This document shows, one piece after another, positions 22,224 to 31,274 of a DNA stretch of 32,000 nt. The notes beneath the pieces are model-generated. The model searched no databases. It was not told where the DNA came from and saw nothing but the letters and a program-made list of their open reading frames with translations. Both the position numbers and the translations under genes were made by a program. The first letter of the stretch is position 1; every line of letters begins with the position of its first letter. The DNA is from Nitrosomonas europaea. Lineage in GTDB: Bacteria > Pseudomonadota > Gammaproteobacteria > Burkholderiales > Nitrosomonadaceae. The DNA is taken from the NCBI RefSeq assembly GCF_900167395.1, contig NZ_FUWK01000020.1, positions 1 to 32,000 on the forward strand, written 5' to 3'.

Positions 22224-23924
22224 TTGTTCATCGCTTCATTCGAGGTCTGGCCTGTTTTGAAACCGGTTCTGTACAGTATAAAAAGCAAGATCGTGATTTT
22301 TGCCGTGATTGCCACCCTGCTGCCCACGGCCGGTCTCGGTTTGTTGTCATTCAAGCAGAACGAAGCACTGATCATCGATAGTGTTACCCGCGAATTACGC
22401 GTACTTGCGGATAACGTCAACCGCCAGCTCAATCTCTGGATGGATGAGAACACACTTACCATCCGCGCATTATCGACATCCAACCCTGTCATCGAAGGAC
22501 TGACTATCCTGAAAAAGCAGACGGACAATACGCATGAAAATACGGCGAAACAGACACAATCCGTTATGTCCGGTTACTTGACTGCGGTACGAGACAAACT
22601 GGATGACGTACTGGAGCTGACCGTTTTCGACAGTACCCGGAAAATCGTGGCAAGCAGCGCCAGTACCCCTGAGGTGCTCGAATCTCCCGAGCGCTGGACG
22701 CATGCATCTCTTACCAGAGGATCCATTGCCATTACCCCTCACTGGAACGATCGTTACGATACCGCGGCGTTCAGTGTCATTTATCCGGTCCTCTCCTATG
22801 ACAGTCAGCTCATCGGCGCTATCGCAGCTACGCTGGACTTGGGAATATTCAGAAATAAGCTGATGGAAACCAGAAAATTTTCATCGGGCGAAATCACCCT
22901 GCTGGACCAGAATAGCAGAGTATTACTGAGCAGTGCCTCTGGCATCGATCATCTGGCAGTACCGAATCCACATTATCTGGAATCGATGCAGATACTTGAA
23001 GAATCGATCACACATGATGGATTGTCTTACCCCAAAGCAATCGGCCTGCTGTATGCATCGGAGAACGTTCCGGTAACGATTCTGGTGGAACAGGATCAAA
23101 GTGCCATACAAGCTTCATGGATGAAATTACGTAACCGTTTTCTTGAATTCGTCGCAATTCTGATCGTCATCGTAACTCTGGTGGCTTTGTATATGGGGCA
23201 TTCTATCGTCACCCCTCTGAAACAGTTGATCAGTGCAGTCAGGGGAATTGTAGAGGGAAATCTGGATATTTATCTGCCGGTCAAACGTAAGGATGAAGTC
23301 GGGCAACTGACGACCATCTTTAATCAGATGACTGACGCCCTGCGTAACAAACATACGGAGATCATGGCCGTCAATCAGGCCATGCAGCAGCAAAATCAGC
23401 TTCTGCAGAAACTTTCGATCACGGATGGTTTGACGAGCCTGTACAACCGGGCAAAACTCAATACCATCCTGATCGAACAGCTTGCCAGATTCAAACGCAA
23501 CGATCGTACCTTCTGCCTGCTGATGATCGACGTGGATCATTTCAAAACCATAAATGATAAACTTGGCCATATCACAGGCGATAAGATTCTGATCACGGTA
23601 GCTTCTGCCCTGCTGAAATCGATCAGAACGATAGATTACGCTGCACGCTACGGTGGTGACGAATTCATGGCCATCCTGACCGAAACCAACTCCAGTGCTG
23701 CAATCAAAACAGCAGAGCGGATCCGCTCCGAAGTAAGTGCTGCCTGCTCTGCACTCGAAGAACATCCGATCCAAATCACCCTGAGTATTGGTATTACCCA
23801 GAGCCATCATGACGATACCACCCCGGGTGATCTGATTGCACGCGCAGATGTGGCACTGTATGAAGCCAAGAAACGGGGACGCAACCGGGTGTACTGCGTT
23901 GATGTAGCGCACACTGATCCATGA
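22224..23924 (+). CDS. sensor diguanylate cyclase (TM, Cache-like periplasmic domain, TM, HAMP, GGDEF)
   Basis: 566 aa. Two TM segments bracket a periplasmic region of about 260 aa. The HAMP region is PLKQLISAVRGIVEGNLDIYLPVKRKDEVGQLTTIFNQM. The active site is RYGGDEF with an intact RxxD I-site (RTID) five residues upstream. The track start is a TTG, so the true start is uncertain (another TTG lies about 30 nt downstream). Confidence 0.9.
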   Translation: MFIASFEVWPVLKPVLYSIKSKIVIFAVIATLLPTAGLGLLSFKQNEALIIDSVTRELRVLADNVNRQLNLWMDENTLTIRALSTSNPVIEGLTILKKQTDNTHENTAKQTQSVMSGYLTAVRDKLDDVLELTVFDSTRKIVASSASTPEVLESPERWTHASLTRGSIAITPHWNDRYDTAAFSVIYPVLSYDSQLIGAIAATLDLGIFRNKLMETRKFSSGEITLLDQNSRVLLSSASGIDHLAVPNPHYLESMQILEESITHDGLSYPKAIGLLYASENVPVTILVEQDQSAIQASWMKLRNRFLEFVAILIVIVTLVALYMGHSIVTPLKQLISAVRGIVEGNLDIYLPVKRKDEVGQLTTIFNQMTDALRNKHTEIMAVNQAMQQQNQLLQKLSITDGLTSLYNRAKLNTILIEQLARFKRNDRTFCLLMIDVDHFKTINDKLGHITGDKILITVASALLKSIRTIDYAARYGGDEFMAILTETNSSAAIKTAERIRSEVSAACSALEEHPIQITLSIGITQSHHDDTTPGDLIARADVALYEAKKRGRNRVYCVDVAHTDP

Positions 23925-23971
23925 GGCCACCACCGATTCCAGCGTGACTTACTCTATCCGGATACAACAAA

Positions 23972-24916
23972 ATGGAATATAAGGATTACTATCAGACCAT
24001 TGGTGTCCCGCGAGATGCGACTCAGGATGACATCAAACGTGCTTATCGCAAGCTGGCACGCAAATACCATCCCGATGTCAGCAAGGAGCCAGAGGCTGAG
24101 GCCCGTTTCAAGGAAATCGGCGAAGCCTATGAAGTACTCAAGGATCCAGAGAAGCGAACGGCTTACGACCGACTGGGAACTCGCTGGAAAAGTGGACAGG
24201 AATTTCAGCCTCCACCAGGATGGGATCAGGGATTTGAATTTCATGGTGGTGGATTCACTGAGGCTGCTTCTCAATTCAGCAGTTTTTTTGAATCATTATT
24301 CGGACGAAACCAGCAAAGCCACCGTTATCGTGATCGGGAGTTCAATTTGCATGGAGAAGATTCCCACGCACGAATTTCGATAGCCCTGGAGGATTCTTTT
24401 CAAGGAGGCATCCGCAGTTTGACCTTGCAACATACGGAATCCGGTCAGGATGGACGACCTCTGATCAAAGAACGCACATTGAAAGTCCGGATACCCAAAG
24501 GCATTCAGCAAGGACAGCATATCCGGCTAGCCGGCCAGGGAAGTCCCGGAACCGGAGGAGGCAAAGCCGGTGATCTTTACCTTGAAATCGTATTCAAGCC
24601 ACATCCTCTATTCAGAGTGGAAGGTAAGGATATTTTCCTGGATCTGCCCGTAGCCCCTTGGGAAGCTGCATTGGGTGCCACAGTCGCGATCCCTACTCCG
24701 GCAGGAACAGTGGATCTCAAAATCCCTGCCGGCTCCCGGTCGGGACAAAAACTGCGCCTGAAAGAACGCGGTATTCCAGGCACACCCTCCGGGGATTTAT
24801 ACGTCGTTTTACAGATCGTGCTGCCTGCTGCCGATAGTGAACAGGCACGTGCGTTTTATCGCGAAATGGAACAGAAGCTCGCATTCAATCCTCGTGCCGG
24901 AATGAGTATCCGATAA
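23972..24916 (+). CDS. cbpA: curved-DNA-binding protein / DnaJ-like co-chaperone
   Basis: 314 aa. J domain DYYQTIGV...YRKLARKYHPD. It has no zinc-finger region, has DnaJ C-terminal domains, and is followed by cbpM. Confidence 0.9.
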   Translation: MEYKDYYQTIGVPRDATQDDIKRAYRKLARKYHPDVSKEPEAEARFKEIGEAYEVLKDPEKRTAYDRLGTRWKSGQEFQPPPGWDQGFEFHGGGFTEAASQFSSFFESLFGRNQQSHRYRDREFNLHGEDSHARISIALEDSFQGGIRSLTLQHTESGQDGRPLIKERTLKVRIPKGIQQGQHIRLAGQGSPGTGGGKAGDLYLEIVFKPHPLFRVEGKDIFLDLPVAPWEAALGATVAIPTPAGTVDLKIPAGSRSGQKLRLKERGIPGTPSGDLYVVLQIVLPAADSEQARAFYREMEQKLAFNPRAGMSIR

Positions 24917-24917
24917 A

Positions 24918-25217
24918 ATGGACTACGACATCTTGCATGGCATTGTCATCGAAGAAAGTGAGGCACTCTCACTTTCTGAACTTTGCCAGATTTGCAACGT
25001 CGAGGTTGAATGGATCATGGCGCTGGTAAATGAAGGTATTTTCGAACCCGCTGGAACCCGGCCGGAAGACTGGTTCTTCAGTGGAGTTGCTTTGCGGCGT
25101 GTACTGGTCGTGAGACATCTGCAACGAGATCTGGACGTCAATCTTTCTGGTGCTGCATTAGTACTGGAGCTGCTGGAAGAGCGGAATGCACTGCTTGCTA
25201 AAATAAACTTGTATTGA
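24918..25217 (+). CDS. cbpM: chaperone modulatory protein CbpM (MerR-like fold)
   Basis: 99 aa. It starts 1 nt after the cbpA stop, with typical CbpM size and position and the pattern LCQICNVEVEWIMALVNEGI. Confidence 0.8.
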   Translation: MDYDILHGIVIEESEALSLSELCQICNVEVEWIMALVNEGIFEPAGTRPEDWFFSGVALRRVLVVRHLQRDLDVNLSGAALVLELLEERNALLAKINLY

Positions 25218-25273
25218 TTTTTAAACGAATTTCCATTTGAAACCTGCTCCGGAAATATCGAACGGCAGGATGA

Positions 25274-26167
25274 ATGACAGTCAATTCCAAACCGGCGATC
25301 ATTATGAACCAGACACAGTTAAAAATTCGTATCCACCTGGATCAATCAGCTGATCATCCGAAGATTGAACAAAATTTACCGGAATTGCCGGAGGAGTCCG
25401 TATTTCCCCCGCTCCCTCCGGTATATGAATATAACTGGCCAAGGATCATCGGCGCAGGACTGGTACTGTTGTTTGTACTGATAACCAGTATCTGGATCGC
25501 TGCAGATTGGTTGTCTGATGATGAGAAACTCGAAACGAGTTCCACGGAAATATCATTATCAGCTGTGTCCCCTGCCAGTTCTGAAACACCCTCCACTGAA
25601 CCGGTACCATTGCTGCCATCTGTCGGATTCTCGTCAGATCAACCGTCTGAAAACAATCCGGCAATCGGGAATGTACCTGATGGAGATATTGGATCTGATC
25701 AGGCCGTGCAAGCGCCTGATCCACAGCCACAACGAGCTGCTCCATCTGCATCGGCCCCTCCGGTCAAACCTGGAATCAAACCGGACATCACTATTCCTCA
25801 GGCAAAAACGAAAAACGTCTCACAAGGAAGCAATCATTCTTCCGGCCTGATCAAAGCACAATTGACTTCGAATATCCGGCAACGACAACCGGTCGATAAT
25901 ATCAATCAGATTTCGCTGGGTAGCAAATCGAGCAGACCGATTTTCCTTTTTCTGCATCTGAACAAATTCAGAGGCGAGAAAATATTGATCAACTGGTACT
26001 ATCGGGATCAGTCCATTGCCAGAATCGTTCTACCGGTCGGTAATAATGACTGGCGCACCTATTCCAGCAAGGTGCTCAACCGGAACAGGCTGGGTCCGTG
26101 GCATGTCACTGCCTCGGATCAGGCAGGAAACCTGCTGGCTGAATTCAAATTCAGAGTGACTCGTTAA
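25274..26167 (+). CDS. DUF2914-domain membrane protein
   Basis: 297 aa. One TM segment (IIGAGLVLLFVLITSIWIA), a Pro/Ser-rich linker, and a C-terminal domain IFLFLHLNKFRGEKILINWYYRDQ...WRTYSSKVL...GPWHVTASDQAGNLLAEFKFRV that resembles DUF2914. Confidence 0.7.
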   Translation: MTVNSKPAIIMNQTQLKIRIHLDQSADHPKIEQNLPELPEESVFPPLPPVYEYNWPRIIGAGLVLLFVLITSIWIAADWLSDDEKLETSSTEISLSAVSPASSETPSTEPVPLLPSVGFSSDQPSENNPAIGNVPDGDIGSDQAVQAPDPQPQRAAPSASAPPVKPGIKPDITIPQAKTKNVSQGSNHSSGLIKAQLTSNIRQRQPVDNINQISLGSKSSRPIFLFLHLNKFRGEKILINWYYRDQSIARIVLPVGNNDWRTYSSKVLNRNRLGPWHVTASDQAGNLLAEFKFRVTR

Positions 26168-26183
26168 TCTGACCTTTCAAGGT

Positions 26184-26741
26184 ATGAAATTTTGCAGTCA
26201 ATGTGGCGGCGAAGTTATTTTACGTATCCCGGAAGGTGACACACTACCCCGGTATATATGTCCGAAATGCCACACTATCCATTACCAGAATCCCAAAGTG
26301 ATCGTCGGCTGCATCCCTGAATGGGAAAACAAAGTTCTATTGTGTAAACGTGCTATTGCACCTTATCGGGGCAAATGGACATTGCCTGCGGGGTTCATGG
26401 AAAACAATGAAACGCTGGTACAAGGTGCAGCAAGAGAAACGCTGGAAGAAGCGAATGCCAGAGTGGAAATTCGTGAACTCTACGCGGTTTACAGCCTGCC
26501 ACATATCAGTCAGGTCTACATGTTGTTCCGGGCAAAATTACTGGATCTCGATTTCTTTCCGGGAATCGAAAGTCTGGAAGTCAGGCTTTTTGGAGAACAG
26601 GAAATCCCCTGGAATGACATTGCTTTCCGTGTAATACATGATCCCTTGAAACGTTATATGGAAGAGCGACATCATGGACAACCCGCCTTTCACCTTGGCA
26701 TCATCAATAAACCTCAGGCAGGTAGTAATTCGAATGAATGA
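26184..26741 (+). CDS. Nudix hydrolase with an N-terminal zinc-ribbon
   Basis: 185 aa. CxxC...CxxC (CSQCGG...CPKCH), and the Nudix box GFMENNETLVQGAARETLEEANA (Gx5Ex7REUxEExGU). Confidence 0.88.
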   Translation: MKFCSQCGGEVILRIPEGDTLPRYICPKCHTIHYQNPKVIVGCIPEWENKVLLCKRAIAPYRGKWTLPAGFMENNETLVQGAARETLEEANARVEIRELYAVYSLPHISQVYMLFRAKLLDLDFFPGIESLEVRLFGEQEIPWNDIAFRVIHDPLKRYMEERHHGQPAFHLGIINKPQAGSNSNE

Positions 26742-26768
26742 ATTACCGATAACCTTTCTTGTGATTGG

Positions 26769-26793
26769 ATGCTGTCCCTTCCACAGCATTTTT
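26769..26793 (+). terminator. Rho-independent terminator after the Nudix gene
   Basis: Stem ATGCTGT (26769-26775) pairs with ACAGCAT (26783-26789) around the loop CCCTTCC, followed by TTTT (26790-26793). Confidence 0.6.
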
Positions 26794-26846
26794 CAGAAAA
26801 AGCTTGAATTTTTTGTGTTGCCGATAGCGATGCAGAAATTTACCAT

Positions 26847-26875
26847 TTGACTTAAAACAGTATTTTCCTTATAAT
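26847..26875 (+). promoter_or_regulatory. sigma70-type promoter of initiator tRNA-Met
   Basis: TTGACT (26847-26852), a 17-nt spacer, then TATAAT (26870-26875). The mature tRNA 5' end lies 13 nt downstream. Confidence 0.7.
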
Positions 26876-26887
26876 GTTTGGCTCAGT

Positions 26888-26964
<77 letters not shown>

Positions 26965-27513
26965 GCTTATCTTTGCAAAGTTCCATGTAGTTCCCCGGTA
27001 AGAATTCAGATTTATGGGATGAAGTCAGTTATCCTGTTTCTATCCGGCAAAATTTCGAATCTTCCCACCAGTCATATTTCTGCTGACTGATCCAGTTACC
27101 ACTTTGGCTTGTTGCTGCAGTGAAGAATCATCATCACTAGCCTTACTGCCTCCGCCAAACATTCCAGCAAAGCTACCATGCAGATCTGGCGTATTCAGAT
27201 TCAGCAACCCTATCTTTTCAAGCATGAGTACAATCTACCAATCAGATTTCCAAGCAGGTCTGCTGCCACAGTGCTGATTTCTTCCCCGCCGGGAGAAATT
27301 CGCAGTGCTTCAACTTCTTCCTTGCCCGAGGCAGTGTATTCACCATGGAAACGGAGTATGAAAAAGTCCATATTGTCGGGCTGACCGAATCTACATACTT
27401 TTAGAAATACAATGCAGTCGTTCAGATAAAAGAAATCAGGAAAATCATCCCGACAAAATAGAGAACTGCGGAAATACCGGAATGGCAGAACCAGATGTAA
27501 ATATCTGATTTAT

Positions 27514-27589
27514 TGGCTCCCCGACCAGGGCTCGAACCTGGGACCTGCGGATTAACAGTCCGTCGCTCTACCGACTGAGCTATCGGGGA
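27514..27589 (-). tRNA. tRNA-Asn (anticodon GTT)
   Basis: The reverse complement reads TCCCCGATAGCTCAGTCGGTAGAGCGACGGACTGTTAATCCGCAGGTCCCAGGTTCGAGCCCTGGTCGGGGAGCCA. It is 76 nt, folds as a cloverleaf, has the anticodon loop CTGTTAA, and encodes its CCA. Confidence 0.93.
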
Positions 27590-27619
27590 ATATGTTGTGG
27601 TAACTGCTACAAGCGCGGT

Positions 27620-27648
27620 ATGTTAGACTTTTATGCTGTGCCGGTCAA
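27620..27648 (-). promoter_or_regulatory. candidate sigma70 promoter of tRNA-Asn
   Basis: On the minus strand: TTGACC (complement of 27643-27648), a 17-nt spacer, then TAACAT (complement of 27620-27625), followed by a GC-rich discriminator (ACCGCGC). Confidence 0.45.
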
Positions 27649-27760
27649 CTTTTCTCGTAGCCAGTTACGGAATCAATGATATCGTCAGCCAGATCAGATT
27701 GTTTTTTTAAATAACACAGATAAAACTGCCTTTTTTATCACTGGAAAGAATCCTGTCTGC

Positions 27761-28030
27761 ATGAGAAAAAAATCATCATCGAACAAAGAAGAAACAGCAT
27801 TACATCCGCCACCGGAAAATTTTGAAACAGCCACGGCCGAACTGGAACAGATCGTAGCCGGCATGGAAACCGGGCAAATGTCTCTGGAAGATGCGCTTTC
27901 TGCGTACAAACGCGGGGTGGAATTGTTACAATACTGCCAAAATATACTGAAAAATTCGCAACAACAGATAAAAATACTTGAGGCGGATATGCTGAAACAC
28001 TTCTCACCTGCTGAGCACGATGCATCCTGA
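27761..28030 (+). CDS. xseB: exodeoxyribonuclease VII small subunit
   Basis: 89 aa. FETATAELEQIVAGMETGQMSLEDALSAYKRGVELLQYCQ matches the XseB core. It is the first gene of the conserved xseB-ispA-dxs operon. Confidence 0.92.
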   Translation: MRKKSSSNKEETALHPPPENFETATAELEQIVAGMETGQMSLEDALSAYKRGVELLQYCQNILKNSQQQIKILEADMLKHFSPAEHDAS

Positions 28031-28913
28031 TTTCCAGTCATGGGCAAGCGAACAGCTTGCTCTGGTTGAAACCTGTCTGGAAAAACATCTTCCGGAGACC
28101 AATTGTGCTCCGGCACGTTTGCATGATGCAATGCGATATTCCGTGCTGGGCGGAGGTAAACGGGTACGACCGCTGCTGTCGTTTGCGGCCGGAGAATTGA
28201 GTGGCGCAGATAAAACACACGCCACCATTGCCGGTGCGGCAGTGGAACTGATTCATGTCTACTCCCTGGTACATGATGATCTGCCCTGCATGGATAACGA
28301 TACACTGCGACGCGGCAAACCAACCTGCCATGTCAGATATGATGAACCTACCGCCCTGCTGGTGGGTGACAGCCTGCAAAGCCTGGCTTTTCAGTTATTG
28401 ACGGAAACTAATCTGACTGAAGACCCACATGTCCAACTCGAAATGGTTCGACATCTTGCATTTGCAGCCGGATCCCGAGGTATGGCGGGCGGACAGGCAA
28501 TAGATCTGGACAGCGTAGGTAAAACACTGAGCCTGCCGGAACTCGAATTTATGCATATTCACAAGACCGGCGCGCTGATTCGGGCTGCAGTCATACTGGG
28601 CGCCCGCTGTGGCAACAGACTGGATGAGACACAATTCAAGCTGCTGGATCATTTTGCCAAATGCATGGGGCTTGCGTTCCAGGTAATAGATGACATCCTC
28701 GATACAGAAGCCACCACTGCCGCGCTGGGTAAAACAGCTGGAAAGGATGCAGAAAACAATAAACCCACCTATGTTAGTATACTGGGCATCAAACAAGCAC
28801 GAGAACTTGCCCACGAGCTCCGGCAGGAGGCCACCGGGGTATTGAATCAGTTTGGATCCGAGGCCCTGCGTTTGCAGCAGGTCACTGATTTCATTGTACA
28901 GCGTGAGTTTTGA
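28020..28913 (+). CDS. ispA: (2E,6E)-farnesyl diphosphate synthase
   Basis: 297 aa. First Asp-rich motif LVHDDLPCMDNDTLRRGKP and second FQVIDDILD. It overlaps xseB by 11 nt. Confidence 0.93.
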   Translation: MHPDFQSWASEQLALVETCLEKHLPETNCAPARLHDAMRYSVLGGGKRVRPLLSFAAGELSGADKTHATIAGAAVELIHVYSLVHDDLPCMDNDTLRRGKPTCHVRYDEPTALLVGDSLQSLAFQLLTETNLTEDPHVQLEMVRHLAFAAGSRGMAGGQAIDLDSVGKTLSLPELEFMHIHKTGALIRAAVILGARCGNRLDETQFKLLDHFAKCMGLAFQVIDDILDTEATTAALGKTAGKDAENNKPTYVSILGIKQARELAHELRQEATGVLNQFGSEALRLQQVTDFIVQREF

Positions 28914-28970
28914 TCTTACGCTGCCAACCTGTAAGTCGTTCATTTTAAGCTACACATCTTTTAAATCTGC

Positions 28971-30815
28971 ATGTATCCATTACTTGATCGCATTGAGATA
29001 CCCGCACAGCTACGTACACTGAAACGCAATCAACTGCCGCAGTTAGCGGATGAATTACGTAATTTTCTGGTTGAATCCGTGGCAGGCACAGGCGGGCATT
29101 TATCTTCTAATCTCGGGACGGTCGAACTGACCATTGCACTGCACTATGTGTTTGATACACCCTTTGATCGTCTGATCTGGGATGTCGGACATCAGACTTA
29201 TGCTCATAAAATCCTCACTGGCCGGCGTACAGGAATGGCTCGTCTGCGCATGCAGGGAGGAATTGCCGGCTTTCCCAGACGGGATGAAAGCGAATACGAT
29301 GCTTTTGGCACCGCACATTCCAGCACCTCCATAAGTGCAGCACTCGGCATGGCAGTCGCCGCACGGCTCAAAGGCGTAAAGCAGCATGCAATTGCCGTGA
29401 TTGGTGATGGTGCAATGAGTGCAGGTATGGCTTTTGAAGCACTGAACAATGCCGGCGTAATGGATGCCAATCTGCTGGTTATTCTGAACGATAATGATAT
29501 GTCCATTTCCCCTCCTGTAGGGGCGCTCAACAATTATCTGGCCAAACTGATGTCCGGTCGTTTCTATGCTACTGCCAGACGCGCAGGCGAGAAAATGCTG
29601 GGTGTGGTTCCTCCTGTTTTGGAGCTGGCAAAACGAGCCGAAGAACATGTCAAAGGTATGGTAACGCCCAGCACACTATTCGAAGAATTCGGCTTCAATT
29701 ACATCGGTCCGATAGATGGTCACGATCTGGATATCTTGCTGACCACGCTGAACAATATCAAGCAACTCGATGGCCCGCAGTTTCTACATGTCGTCACCCG
29801 TAAAGGCAAGGGTTATAAACAGGCAGAAGAAGATCCGATTCTCTACCATGGAGTCGGAAAATTTCAACCGGATCAGGGTATTGTATCGAAACCTTCTGCC
29901 AAACTGGCTTACACGCAGATATTCGGTGACTGGTTATGTGACATGGCAGCAAAAGATTCACGTCTGATTGGTATCACTCCTGCCATGAGAGAAGGCTCCG
30001 GACTCGTTCGTTTTTCGAAAGAGTACCCGGATCGCTATTTCGATGTAGGGATCGCAGAGCAGCATGCCGTGACATTTGCCGCAGGTGCAGCTTGCGAAGG
30101 ATTGAAACCGGTCGTGGCAATTTACTCGACCTTCCTGCAACGTGCTTACGATCAGCTGATCCACGATGTTGCCATTCAGAATCTGCCGGTTGTTTTTGCA
30201 ATCGACCGTGCCGGGCTGGTGGGTGCAGATGGACCGACACATGCCGGCAGTTTCGATCTGAGTTACCTGCGCTGCATTCCCAATATTACGGTCATGACGC
30301 CCGCCGATGAAAACGAGTGCCGTCAGATGCTCTACACTGCCTTCCAACTCGATACCCCTGCTGCCGTTCGCTATCCACGCGGCTCAGGTCCCGGTGTACA
30401 GATCCAGCAGGAAATGCAGACCATCCCGCTGGGTAAAGGTGAAATCCGCCGACAGGGTAAGCAGATTGCACTGCTGGCATTCGGCAGCATGCTGACCCCC
30501 TGTCTCGAAGCGGGAGATGAACTAGATGCCACGGTAGTAAATATGCGTTTTGTCAAACCGTTGGATCAAGAGCTGGTTGCAACCCTTGCTGCCGAACATG
30601 AATTACTGGTTACCATTGAAGAAAACACCATCATGGGAGGCGCTGGCAGTGCAGTCATGGAAAGTCTTTCCAGTCTGGATAAAAACGTCAGACTGCTGCA
30701 ACTCGGCTTGCCAGACAGCTTCATCGATCAGGGTGATCCCGCACACATGCTATCCGACTGCGGACTGGATAAGGCCGGCATTATCCAGTCGATAAAAGAA
30801 AGGTTCTCTTTATAA
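28971..30815 (+). CDS. dxs: 1-deoxy-D-xylulose-5-phosphate synthase
   Basis: 614 aa. GGHLSSNLG, the TPP motif [16 protein letters not shown], and [12 protein letters not shown]. Confidence 0.97.
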   Translation: MYPLLDRIEIPAQLRTLKRNQLPQLADELRNFLVESVAGTGGHLSSNLGTVELTIALHYVFDTPFDRLIWDVGHQTYAHKILTGRRTGMARLRMQGGIAGFPRRDESEYDAFGTAHSSTSISAALGMAVAARLKGVKQHAIAVIGDGAMSAGMAFEALNNAGVMDANLLVILNDNDMSISPPVGALNNYLAKLMSGRFYATARRAGEKMLGVVPPVLELAKRAEEHVKGMVTPSTLFEEFGFNYIGPIDGHDLDILLTTLNNIKQLDGPQFLHVVTRKGKGYKQAEEDPILYHGVGKFQPDQGIVSKPSAKLAYTQIFGDWLCDMAAKDSRLIGITPAMREGSGLVRFSKEYPDRYFDVGIAEQHAVTFAAGAACEGLKPVVAIYSTFLQRAYDQLIHDVAIQNLPVVFAIDRAGLVGADGPTHAGSFDLSYLRCIPNITVMTPADENECRQMLYTAFQLDTPAAVRYPRGSGPGVQIQQEMQTIPLGKGEIRRQGKQIALLAFGSMLTPCLEAGDELDATVVNMRFVKPLDQELVATLAAEHELLVTIEENTIMGGAGSAVMESLSSLDKNVRLLQLGLPDSFIDQGDPAHMLSDCGLDKAGIIQSIKERFSL

Positions 30816-30841
30816 TGTCACTAATGTCATACATCGCAGCG

Positions 30842-31274
30842 TTAGGCCGCTAGGGAGGCCATCGTGGATCTTGCGCAAAAATCAGATGCAGAAATCTTGG
30901 CTGTAGCGACTCCCATCATGGACAACCTGATGGATGCTTCCACGGCTATCGACTACGAGCGTCATACTCGTGACTTCACGGAACGGGCCAGAAGTGTTCT
31001 GTCCGAAGAGTCGCTTCAGTCAATCTGCGAGCACTATCAAAGCACCAAAGGGTTCTTTGCCAAACGCGAATTTGTGGCAGCTTTCAGGCGCCCCGACTCT
31101 GTGGCTATCGTCTGGCGTCAGCAGTTCACTAAGCAACCGGGGGAGTTCGTAGCCGAGCTAATCTTGGTGCAACAAGGCGGCAAGTATCTCGTTGACCATG
31201 TGATGGTCTTCTAGTACGCGGCCTAACAATTCATTCAAGCCGACACCGCTTCGCGGCGCGGCTGAATTCAGGCG
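30842..31274 (+). mobile_element. integron-type gene cassette (one ORF plus attC), integrated outside an integron
   Basis: It begins with TTAGGC directly after a G (30841). It ends with a 60-bp attC whose R'' box GCCTAAC (31221-31227) is the exact complement of G+TTAGGC. It holds a single co-oriented ORF with its own SD. See the findings. Confidence 0.75.
30864..31214 (+). CDS. cassette-encoded hypothetical protein (116 aa)
   Basis: GTG start 5 nt after AGGGAGG (30852-30858). The reading frame is open and uninterrupted, and I recognise no motif. It ends 6 nt before the attC. Confidence 0.65.
   Translation: MDLAQKSDAEILAVATPIMDNLMDASTAIDYERHTRDFTERARSVLSEESLQSICEHYQSTKGFFAKREFVAAFRRPDSVAIVWRQQFTKQPGEFVAELILVQQGGKYLVDHVMVF

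Noticed and set aside
23127-23933. 268-aa minus-strand ORF antisense to the HAMP-GGDEF region
   Set aside because: The plus-strand frame carries the HAMP and RxxD-GGDEF signatures. The antisense translation has no recognisable features.
27694-28323. 209-aa minus-strand ORF overlapping xseB and the 5' part of ispA
   Set aside because: It is antisense to two genes with unmistakable family motifs. Its translation is low-complexity and Cys/Arg/Ser-rich with no motif, which is typical of a shadow ORF.
30813-30830. Tandem 9-bp repeat TAATGTCAC/TAATGTCAT at the dxs stop, just left of the cassette junction; considered as attI-like integrase-binding direct repeats
   Set aside because: No intI is adjacent, the first copy overlaps the dxs stop codon, and the repeat is too short to separate from chance. 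The secondary-site explanation (GWT target) fits better. It is still worth a look if an integrase-binding assay is ever done.
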